From: Eledone cirrhosa
Taxonomy: Eukaryota
NCBI GenBank assembly: GCA_964016885.1
Contig: OZ024741.1
Span: forward strand, 210,614,001 to 210,678,000
Reading direction: 5' to 3'
DNA length: 64,000 nt
Both the position numbers and the translations under genes were made by a program. This document shows positions 1 through 11,684 of the stretch, piece after piece (the stretch's first letter is position 1; the number at the start of each line of letters is the position of its first letter). Below the pieces are notes generated by a model. It was not told the origin of the DNA. It worked only from the letters and a program-made list of their open reading frames with translations, and made no database searches.

Positions 1-3000
1 TCAGTTCACCTATCTCAACCACAGTCCACTGTCTCAGCCTCAGTTCACCTATCTCAGCCACAGTCCACTGTCTCAGCCACAGTCCACCTATCTCAGTCTC
101 AGTCCACTGTCTCAGCCACAGTCCACCTATCTCAGCCACAGTCCACTGTCTCAGCCTCAGTTCACCTATCTCAGCCACAGTCCACTGTCTCAGCCACAGT
201 CCACCTATCTCAGCCACAGTCCACTGTCTCAGCCTCAGTTCACCTATCTCAACCACAGTCCACTGTCTCAGCCTCAGTTCACCTATCTCAGCCACAGTCC
301 ACCTATCTCAGCCACAGTCCACTGTCTCAGCCTCAGTTCACCTATCTCAACCACAGTCCACCTATCTCAGTCTCAGTCCACTGTCTCAGCCACAGTCCAC
401 CTATCTCAGCCACAGTCTACTGTCTCAGCCTCAGTTCACCTATCTCAACCACAGTCCACCTATCTCAGTCTCAGTCCACTGTCTCAGCCACAGTCCACCT
501 ATCTCAACCACAGTCCACTGTCTCAGCCTCAGTTCACCTATCTCAGCCACAGTCCACCTATCTCAGTCTCAGTCCACTGTCTCAGCCACAGTCCACCTAT
601 CTCAGCTACAGTCCACTGTCTCAGCCTCAGTTCACCTATCTCAACCACAGTCCACCTATCTCAGTCTCAGTCCACTGTCTCAGCCACAGTCCACTGTCTC
701 AGCCACAGTCCACCTATCTCAGCCACAGTCCACTGTCTCAGCCTCAGTTCACCTATCTCAACCACAGTCCACCTATCTCAGTCTCAGTCCACTGTCTCAG
801 CCACAGTCCACTGTCTCAGCCACAGTCCACCTATCTCAACCACAGTCCACTGTCTCAGCCTCAGTCCACTGTCTCAGCCTCAGTTCACCTATCTCAACCA
901 CAGTCCACTGTCTCAGCCTCAGTCCACTGTCTCAGCCACAGTCCACTGTCTCAGCCTCAGTCCACTGTCTCAGCCACAGTCCACCTATCTCAGCCACAGT
1001 CCACTGTCTCAGCCACAGTCCACCTATCTCAGCCACAGTCCACTGTCTCAGCCTCAATCCACCTATCTCAGCCACAGTACACTGTCTCAGCCTCAGTCCA
1101 CTGTCTCAGCCACAGTCCGCCTATCTCACCCTCAGTCCACTGTCTCAGCCACAGTCCACCTATCTCAGCCTCAGTCCACCGTCTCAGCCACAGTCCACTG
1201 TCTCAGCCACAGTCCATTGTCTCAGCCACAGTCCACTGTCTCAGCCTCAGTTCACCTATCTCAACCACAGTCCACTGTCTCAGCCTCAGTTCACCTATCT
1301 CAACCACAGTCCACTGTCTCAGCCTCAGTCCAATTTCTCAGCCACAGTCCACTGTCTCAGCCTCAGTCCACTGTCTCAGCCACAGTCCACCTATCTCAGC
1401 CACAGTCCACTGTCTCAGCCACAGTCCACCTATCTCAGCCACAGTCCACTGTCTCAGCCTCAGTCCACCTATCTCAGCCACAGTCCACTGTCTCAGCCTC
1501 AGTCCACTGTCTCAGCCACAGTCCGCCTATCTCAGCCACAGTCCACCTATCTCACCCTCAGTCCACTGTCTCAGCCACAGTCCACCTATCTCAGCCTCAG
1601 TCCACTGTCTCAGCCTCAGTCCACTGTCTCAGCCTCAGTCCACCTATCTCAGCCTCAGTCCACTGTCTCAGCCTCAGTCCACTGTCTCAGCCTCAGTCCA
1701 CCTATCTCAGCCACAGTCCACTGTCTCACCCTCAGTCCACCGTCTCAGCCACAGTCCACTGTCTCAGCCACATTCCACTGTCTCAGCCACAGTCCACTGT
1801 CTCAGCCACAGTCCACTGTCTCAGCCTCAGTTCACCTATCTCAACCACAGTCCACTGTCTCAGCCTCAGTTCACCTATCTCAACCACAGTCCACTGTCTC
1901 AGCCTCAGTCCACTGTCTCAGCCTCAGTTCACCTATCTCAACCACAGTCCACTGTCTCAGCCTCAGTCCACTGTCTCAGCCTCAGTCCACTGTCTCAGCC
2001 ACAGTCCACTGTCTCAGCCTCAGTCCACTGTCTCAGCCACAGTCCACCTATCTCAGCCACAGTCCACTGTCTCAGCCACAGTCCACCTATCTCAGCCACA
2101 GTCCACTGTCTCAGCCACAGTCCACCTATCTCAACCACAGTCCACTGTCTCAGCCTCAGTTCACCTATCTCAGCCACAGTCCACTGTCTCAGCCTCAGTC
2201 CACTGTCTCAGCCACAGTCCACCTATCTCAGCCACAGTCCACCGTCTCAGCCACAGTCCACCTATCTCAGCCACAGTCCACCTATCTCAGCCACAGTCCA
2301 CTGTCTCAGCCACAGTCCACCTACCTCAGCCACAGTCCACCTATCTCAGCCACAGTCCACTGTCTCAGCCACAGTCCACCTATCTCAGTCTCAGTCCACT
2401 GTCTCAGCCACAGTCCACTGTCTCAGTCTCAGTCCACCTATCTCAGTCTCAGTCCACTGTCACAGCCACAGTCCACTGTCTCAGTCTCAGTCCACCTATC
2501 TCAGTCTCAGTCCACTGTCTCAGCCACAGTTCACCTATCTCAGCCACAGTCCACTGTCTCAGTCTCAGTCCACCTATCTCAGTCTCAGTCCACTGTCTCA
2601 GCCACAGTCCACTGTCTCAGTCTCAGTCCACCTATCTCAGCCACAGTCCACTGTCTCAGCCTCAGTCCACTGTCTCAGCCACAGTCCACTGTCTCAGCCT
2701 CAGTCCACTGTCTCAGCCTCAGTCCACCTATCTCAACCACAGTCCACTGTCTCAGCCTCAGTTCACCTATCTCAGCCACAGTCCACTGTCTCAGCCTCAG
2801 TCCACTGTCTCAGCCACAGTCCACTGTCTCAGCCTCAGTCCACTGTCCCAGCCTCAGTCCACCTATCTCAACCACAGTCCACTGTCTCAGCCACAGTCCA
2901 CCTATCTCAGCCACAGTCCACTGTCTCAGCCTCAGTCCACTGTCTCAGCCACAGTCCACCTATCTCAGCCACAGTCCACTGTCTCAGCCACAGTCCACTG

Positions 3001-6000
3001 TCTCAGTCTCAGTCCACCTATCTCAGCCACAGTCCACTGTCTCAGCCACAGTCCACCTATCTCAGCCACAGTCCGCCTATCTCAGCCACAGTCCACTGTC
3101 TCAGCCACAGTCCACCTATCTCAGTCTCAGTCCACTGTCTCAGCCACAGTCCACTGTCTCAGTCTCAGTCCACCTATCTCAGCCACAGTCCACTGTCTCA
3201 GCCACAGCCCACCTATCTCAGCCACAGTCCACTGTCTCAGCCACAGTCCACCTATCTCAGTCTCAGTCCACTGTCTCAGCCACAGTCCACTGTCTCAGCC
3301 ACAGTCCACCTATCTCAGCCACAGTCCACCTATCTCAGCCACAGTCCACCTATCTCACCCTCAGTCCACTGTCTCAGCCACAGTCCACCTATCTCAGCCT
3401 CAGTCCACTGTCTCAGCCTCAGTCCACTGTCTCAGCCTCAGTCCACCTATCTCAGCCTCAGTCCACTGTTTCAGCCTCAGTCCACTGTCTCAGCCTCAGT
3501 CCACCTATCTCAGCCACAGTCCACTGTCTCACCATCAGTCCACCGTCTCAGCCACAGTCCACTGTCTCAGCCACAGTCCACTGTCTCAACCACAGTCCAC
3601 TGTCTCAGCCACAGTCCACTGTCTCAGCCTCAGTTCACCTATCTCAACCACAGTCCACTGTCTCAGCCTCAGTTCACCTATCTCAACCACAGTCCACTGT
3701 CTCAGCCTCAGTCCACTGTCTCAGCCTCAGTTCACCTATCTCAACCACAGTCCACTGTCTCAGCCTCAGTCCACTGTCTCAGCCACAATCCACTGTCTCA
3801 GCCACAGTCCACTGTCTCAGCCTCAGTCCACTGTCTCAGCCACAGTCCACTGTCTCAGTCTCAGTCCACTATCTCAGCCTCAGTCCACCTATCTCAGCCA
3901 CAGTCCACTGTCTCAACCACAGTCCACTGTCTCAGCCTTAGTTCACCTATCTCAACCACAGTCCACTGTCTCAGCCTCAGTCCACTGTCTCAGCCACAGT
4001 CCACTGTCTCAGCCTCAGTCCACTGTCTCAGCCACAGTCCACCTATCTCAGCCACAGTCCACTGTCTCAGCCACAGTCCACCTATCTCAGCCACAGTCCA
4101 CTGTCTCAGCCACAGTCCACCTATCTCAACCACAGTCCACTGTCTCAGCCTCAGTTCACCTATCTCAGCCACAGTCCACCTATCTCAGCCACAGTCCACT
4201 GTCTCAGCCACAGTCCACCTATCTCAGTCTCAGTCCACTGTCTCAGCCACAGTCCACCTGTCTCAGCCACAGTCCACTGTCTCAGTCTCAGTCCACCTAT
4301 CTCAGTCTCAGTCCACTGTCTCAGCCACAGTCCACTGTCTCAGTCTCAGTCCACCTATCTCAGCCACAGTCCACTGTCTCATCCTCAGTCCACTGTCTCA
4401 GCCACAGTCCACTGTCTCAGCCTCAGTCCACTGTCTCAGCCTCAGTCCACCTATCTCAACCACAGTCCACTGTCTCAGCCTCAGTCCACTGTCTCAGCCA
4501 CAGTCCACTGTCTAAGCCTCAGTCCACTGTCTCAGCCACAGTCCACCTATCTCAGCCACAGTCCACTGTCTCAGCCACAGTCCACCTATCTCAGCCACAG
4601 TCCACTGTCTCAGCCACAGTCCACCTATCTCAACCACAGTCCACTGTCTCAGCCTCAGTTCACCTATCTCAGCCACAGTCCACTGTCTCAGCCTCAGTCC
4701 ACTGTCTCAGCCACAGTCCACCTATCTCAGCCACAGTCCACTGTCTCAGCCACAGTCCACCTATCTCAGCCACAGTCCACCTATCTCAGCCACAGTCCAC
4801 TGTCTCAGCCACAGTCCACCTATCTCAGCCACAGTCCACCTATCTCAGCCACAGTCCACTGTCTCAGCCACAGTCCACCTATCTCAACCACAGTCCACTG
4901 TCTCAGCCTCAGTCCACTGTCTCAGCCACAGTCCACCTATCTCAGCCACAGTCCACTGTCTCAGCCTCAGTCCACCTACCTCAGCCTCAGTCCACTGTCT
5001 CAGCCTCAGTCCACTGTCTCAGCCACAGTCCACCTATCTCAGCCACAGTCCACTGTCTCAGCCACAGTCCACCTATCTCAACCACAGTCCACTGTCTCAG
5101 CCTCAGTCCACTGTCTCAGCCTCAGTTCACCTATCTCAACCACAGTCCACTGTCTCAGCCTCAGTCCACTGTCTCAGCCACAGTCCACTGTCTCAGCCTC
5201 AGTCCACTGTCTCAGACACAGTCCACCTATCTCAGCCACAGTCCACTGTCTCAGCCTCAGTCCACCTATCTCAGCCACAGTCCACTGTCTCAGCCACAGT
5301 CCACTGTCTCAGCCACAGTCCACTGTCTCAGCCTCAGTCCACTGTCTCAGCCACAGTCCACCTATCTCAGCGACAGTCCACTGTCTCAGCATCAGTCCAC
5401 CTATCTCAGCCACAGTCCACTGTCTCAGCCACAGTCCACTGTCTCAGCCACAGTCCACCTATCTCAGCCACAGTCCACTGTCTCAGCCTCAGTCCACTGT
5501 CTCAGTCTCAGTCCACTGTCTCAGCCTCAGTCCACCTATCTCAGCCACAGTCCACTGTCTCAGCCTCAGTCCACTGTCTCAGCCACAGTCCACCTATCTC
5601 AGCCACAGTCCACTGTCTCAGCCACAGTCCACTGTCTCAGTCTCAGTCCACCTATCTCAGCCACAGTCCACTGTCTCAGCCACAGTCCACTGTCTCAGTC
5701 TCAGTCCACTGTCTCAGCCTCAGTCCACCTATCTCAACCACAGTCCACTGTCTCAGCCACAGTCCACCTATCTCAGCCACAGTCCACTGTCTCAGCCTCA
5801 GTCCACTGTCTCAGCCACAGTCCACCTATCTCAGCCACAGTCCACTGTCTCAGCCACAGTCCACTGTCTCAGTCTCAGTCCACCTATCTCAGCCACAGTC
5901 CACTGTCTCAGCCACAGTCCACCTATCTCAGCCACAGTCCACCTATCTCAGCCACAGTCCACTGTCTCAGCCACAGTCCACCTATCTCAGTCTCAGTCCA

Positions 6001-8586
6001 CTGTCTCAGCCACAGTCCACTGTCTCAGTCTCAGTCCACCTATCTCAGCCACAGTCCACTGTCTCAGCCACAGTCCACCTATCTCAGCCACAGTCCACTG
6101 TCTCAGCCACAGTCCACCTATCTCAGTCTCAGTCCACTGTCTCAGCCACAGTCCACTGTCTCAGCCACAGTCCACCTATCTCAGCCACAGTCCACCTATC
6201 TCAGCCACAGTCCACCTATCTCACCCTCAGTCCACTGTCTCAGCCACAGTCCACCTATCTCAGCCTCAGTCCACTGTCTCAGCCTCAGTCCACTGTCTCA
6301 GCCTCAGTCCACCTATCTCAGCCTCAGTCCACTGTTTCAGCCTCAGTCCACTGTCTCAGCCTCAGTCCACCTATCTCAGCCACAGTCCACTGTCTCACCA
6401 TCAGTCCACCGTCTCAGCCACAGTCCACTGTCTCAGCCACAGTCCACTGTCTCAGCCACAGTCCACTGTCTCAGCCACAGTCCACTGTCTCAGCCTCAGT
6501 TCACCTATCTCAACCACAGTCCACTGTCTCAGCCTCAGTTCACCTATCTCAACCACAGTCCACTGTCTCAGCCTCAGTCCACTGTCTCAGCCTCAGTTCA
6601 CCTATCTCAACCACAGTCCACTGTCTCAGCCTCAGTCCACTGTCTCAGCCACAGTCCACTGTCTCAGCCACAGTCCACTGTCTCAGCCTCAGTCCACTGT
6701 CTCAGCCACAGTCCACTGTCTCAGTCTCAGTCCACTATCTCAGCCTCAGTCCACCTATCTCAGCCACAGTCCACTGTCTCAACCACAGTCCACTGTCTCA
6801 GCCTCATTTCACCTATCTCAACCACAGTCCACTGTCTCAGCCTCAGTCCACTGTCTCAGCCACAGTCCACTGTCTCAGCCTCAGTCCACTGTCTCAGCCA
6901 CAGTTCACCTATCTCAGCCACAGTCCACTGTCTCAGCCACAGTCCACCTATCTCAGCCACAGTCCACTGTCTCAGCCACAGTCCACCTATCTCAACCACA
7001 GTCCACTGTCTCAGCCTCAGTTCACCTATCTCAGCCACAGTCCACTGTCTCAGCCTCAGTCCACTGTCTCAGCCACAGTCCACCTATCTCAGCCACAGTC
7101 CACTGTCTCAGCCACAGTCCACCTATCTCAGCCACAGTCCACCTATCTCAGCCACAGTCCACTGTCTCAGCCACAGTCCAACTATCTCAGCCACAGTCCA
7201 CCTATCTCAGCCACAGTCCACTGTCTCAGCCACAGTCCACCTATCTCAGTCTCAGTCCACTGTCTCAGCCACAGTCCACTGTCTCAGTCTCAGTCCACTG
7301 TCTCAGCCACAGTCCACCTATCTCAGCCACAGTCCACTGTCTCAGTCTCAGTCCACCTATCTCAGTCTCAGTCCACTGTCTCAGCCACAGTCCACTGTCT
7401 CAGTCTCAGTCCACCTATCTCAGCCACAGTCCACTGTCTCAGCCTCAGTCCACTGTCTCAGCCTCAGTCCACCTATCTCAACCACAGTCCACTGTCTCAG
7501 CCTCAGTCCACTGTCTCAGCCACAGTCCACTGTCTAAGCCTCAGTCCACTGTCTCAGCCACAGTCCACCTATCTCAGCCACAGTCCACTGTCTCAGCCAC
7601 AGTCCACCTATCTCAGCCACAGTCCACTGTCTCAGCCACAGTCCACCTATCTCAACCACAGTCCACTGTCTCAGCCTCAGTTCACCTATCTCAGCCACAG
7701 TCCACTGTCTCAGCCTCAGTCCACTGTCTCAGCCACAGTCCACCTATCTCAGCCACAGTCCACTGTCTCAGCCACAGTCCACCTATCTCAGCCACAGTCC
7801 ACCTATCTCAGCCACAGTCCACTGTCTCAGCCACAGTCCACCTATCTCAGCCACAGTCCACCTATCTCAGCCACAGTCCACTGTCTCAGCCACAGTCCAC
7901 CTATCTCAACCACAGTCCACTGTCTCAGCCTCAGTCCACTGTCTCAGCCACAGTCCACCTATCTCAGCCACAGTCCACTGTCTCAGCCTCAGTCCACCTA
8001 CCTCAGCCTCAGTCCACTGTCTCAGCCTCAGTCCACTGTCTCAGCCACAGTCCACCTATCTCAGCCACAGTCCACTGTCTCAGCCACAGTCCACCTATCT
8101 CAACCACAGTCCACTGTCTCAGCCTCAGTCCACTGTCTCAGCCTCAGTTCACCTATCTCAACCACAGTCCACTGTCTCAGCCTCAGTCCACTGTCTCAGC
8201 CACAGTCCACTGTCTCAGCCTCAGTCCACTGTCTCAGCCACAGTCCACCTATCTCAGCCACAGTCCACTGTCTCAGCCTCAGTCCACCTATCTCAGCCAC
8301 AGTCCACTGTCTCAGCCACAGTCCACTGTCTCAGCCACAGTCCACTGTCTCAGCCTCAGTCCACTGTCTCAGCCACAGTCCACCTATCTCAGCGACAGTC
8401 CACCGTCTCAGCATCAGTCCACCTATCTCAGCCACAGTCCACTGTCTCAGCCACAGTCCACTGTCTCAGCCACAGTCCACCTATCTCAGCCACAGTCCAC
8501 TGTCTCAGCCTCAGTCCACTGTCTCAGTCTTAGTCCACTGTCTCAGCCTCAGTCCACCTATCTCAGCCACAGTCCACTGTCTCAGC
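1..8586 (+). repeat. Copy 1 of an 11,684-bp-offset duplication (begins upstream of the window)
   Basis: Position 1 aligns with 11,685. Rare variants recur at +11,684: TTG ORF start 1217/12901, AGCGAC 5369/17053 and 8391/20075, TAA 7535/19219. Alignment at this offset breaks near 8587/20271. Confidence 0.95.
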
Positions 8587-10350
8587 CACAGTCCACCTAT
8601 CTCAGCCTCAGTCCACTGTCTCAGCCTCAGTCCACCGTCTCAGCCACAGTCCACTGTCTCAGCCACAGTCCACTGTCTCAGCCACAGTCCACTGTCTCAG
8701 CCACAGTCCACTGTCTCAGCCACAGTCCACTGTCTCAGCCACAGTCCACCTATCTCAGCCACAGTCCACTGTCTCAGCCTCAGTTCACCTATCTCAACCA
8801 CAGTCCACTGTCTCAGCCTCAGTCCACTGTCTCAGCCTCAGTCCACCTATCTCAACCACAGTCCACTGTCTCAGCCACAGTCCACCTATCTCAGCCACAG
8901 TCCACCTATCTCAGCCACAGTCCACTGTCTCAGCCACAGTCCAACTATCTCAGCCACAGTCCACCTATCTCAGCCACAGTCCACTGTCTCAGCCACAGTC
9001 CACCTATCTCAGTCTCAGTCCACTGTCTCAGCCACAGTCCACTGTCTCAGTCTCAGTCCACTGTCTCAGCCACAGTCCACCTATCTCAGCCACAGTCCAC
9101 TGTCTCAGTCTCAGTCCACCTATCTCAGTCTCAGTCCACTGTCTCAGCCACAGTCCACTGTCTCAGTCTCAGTCCACCTATCTCAGCCACAGTCCACTGT
9201 CTCAGCCTCAGTCCACTGTCTCAGCCTCAGTCCACCTATCTCAACCACAGTCCACTGTCTCAGCCTCAGTCCACTGTCTCAGCCACAGTCCACTGTCTAA
9301 GCCTCAGTCCACTGTCTCAGCCACAGTCCACCTATCTCAGCCACAGTCCACTGTCTCAGCCACAGTCCACCTATCTCAGCCACAGTCCACTGTCTCAGCC
9401 ACAGTCCACCTATCTCAACCACAGTCCACTGTCTCAGCCTCAGTTCACCTATCTCAGCCACAGTCCACTGTCTCAGCCTCAGTCCACTGTCTCAGCCACA
9501 GTCCACCTATCTCAGCCACAGTCCACTGTCTCAGCCACAGTCCACCTATCTCAGCCACAGTCCACCTATCTCAGCCACAGTCCACTGTCTCAGCCACAGT
9601 CCACCTATCTCAGCCACAGTCCACCTATCTCAGCCACAGTCCACTGTCTCAGCCACAGTCCACCTATCTCAACCACAGTCCACTGTCTCAGCCTCAGTCC
9701 ACTGTCTCAGCCACAGTCCACCTATCTCAGCCACAGTCCACTGTCTCAGCCTCAGTCCACCTACCTCAGCCTCAGTCCACTGTCTCAGCCTCAGTCCACT
9801 GTCTCAGCCACAGTCCACCTATCTCAGCCACAGTCCACTGTCTCAGCCACAGTCCACCTATCTCAACCACAGTCCACTGTCTCAGCCTCAGTCCACTGTC
9901 TCAGCCTCAGTTCACCTATCTCAACCACAGTCCACTGTCTCAGCCTCAGTCCACTGTCTCAGCCACAGTCCACTGTCTCAGCCTCAGTCCACTGTCTCAG
10001 CCACAGTCCACCTATCTCAGCCACAGTCCACTGTCTCAGCCTCAGTCCACCTATCTCAGCCACAGTCCACTGTCTCAGCCACAGTCCACTGTCTCAGCCA
10101 CAGTCCACTGTCTCAGCCTCAGTCCACTGTCTCAGCCACAGTCCACCTATCTCAGCGACAGTCCACCGTCTCAGCATCAGTCCACCTATCTCAGCCACAG
10201 TCCACTGTCTCAGCCACAGTCCACTGTCTCAGCCACAGTCCACCTATCTCAGCCACAGTCCACTGTCTCAGCCTCAGTCCACTGTCTCAGTCTCAGTCCA
10301 CTGTCTCAGCCTCAGTCCACCTATCTCAGCCACAGTCCACTGTCTCAGCC
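7110..10350 (+). repeat. 1,763-bp-offset internal duplication (boundaries approximate)
   Basis: Markers CCAACTATC 7178/8941, TAA 7535/9298 and AGCGAC 8391/10154 are all offset by 1,763. Confidence 0.88.
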
Positions 10351-11450
10351 TCAGTCCACTGTCTCAGCCACAGTCCACCTATCTCAGCCACAGTCCACCT
10401 ATCTCACCCTCAGTCCACTGTCTCAGCCACAGTCCACCTATCTCAGCCTCAGTCCACTGTCTCAGCCTCAGTCCACCGTCTCAGCCACAGTCCACTGTCT
10501 CAGCCACAGTCCACTGTCTCAGCCACAGTCCACTGTCTCAGCCACAGTCCACCTATCTCAGCCACAGTCCACTGTCTCAGCCTCAGTTCACCTATCTCAA
10601 CCACAGTCCACTGTCTCAGCCTCAGTCCACTGTCTCAGCCTCAGTCCACCTATCTCAACCACAGTCCACTGTCTCAGCCTCAGTCCACTGTCTCAGCCAC
10701 AGTCCACTGTCTCAGCCTCAGTCCACTGTCTCAGCCTCAGTTCACCTATCTCAACCACAGTCCACTGTCTCAGCCTCAGTCCACTGTCTCAGCCACAGTC
10801 CGCTGTCTCAGCCTCAGTCCACTGTCTCAGCCACAGTCCACCTATCTCAGCCACAGTCCACTGTCTCAGCCTCAGTCCACCTATCTCAGCCACAGTCCAC
10901 TGTCTCAGCCACAGTCCACTGTCTCAGCCACAGTCCACTGTCTCAGCCTCAGTCCACTGTCTCAGCCACAGTCCACCTATCTCAGCGACAGTCCACCGTC
11001 TCAGCATCAGTCCACCTATCTCAGCCACAGTCCACTGTCTCAGCCACAGTCCACTGTCTCAGCCACAGTCCACCTATCTCAGCCACAGTCCACTGTCTCA
11101 GCCTCAGTCCACTGTCTCAGTCTCAGTCCACTGTCTCAGCCTCAGTCCACCTATCTCAGCCACAGTCCACTGTCTCAGCCTCAGTCCACTGTCTCAGCCA
11201 CAGTCCACCTATCTCAGCCACAGTCCACCTATCTCACCCTCAGTCCACTGTCTCAGCCACAGTCCACCTATCTCAGCCTCAGTCCACTGTCTCAGCCTCA
11301 GTCCACCGTCTCAGCCACAGTCCACTGTCTCAGCCACAGTCCACTGTCTCAGCCACAGTCCACTGTCTCAGCCACAGTCCACCTATCTCAGCCACAGTCC
11401 ACTGTCTCAGCCTCAGTTCACCTATCTCAACCACAGTCCACTGTCTCAGC
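9870..11450 (+). repeat. 830-bp-offset duplication (boundaries approximate)
   Basis: The AGCGAC...CCGTCTCAGCATCAG marker occurs at 10154 and 10984, followed by the same monomer order including the ACCCTCA variant. Confidence 0.82.
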
Positions 11451-11684
11451 CTCAGTTCACCTATCTCAACCACAGTCCACCTATCTCAACCACAGTCCAC
11501 TGTCTCAGCCTCAGTTCACCTATCTCAACCACAGTCCACCTATCTCAGCCACAGTCCACTGTCTCAGCCTCAGTCCACCGTCTCAGCCACAGTCCACTGT
11601 CTCAGCCACAGTCCACTGTCTCAGCCACAGTCCACTGTCTCAGCCACAGTCCACCTATCTCAGCCACAGTCCACTGTCTCAGCC

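Noticed and set aside
1217-7537. 2106-aa ORF (and its copy at 12901..19221) as a mucin-like or adhesin gene
   Set aside because: It starts at a chance TTG variant inside the array and ends at a chance TAA. It has no signal peptide or unique domain, the monomers are not multiples of 3, and all + frames give the same peptide words.
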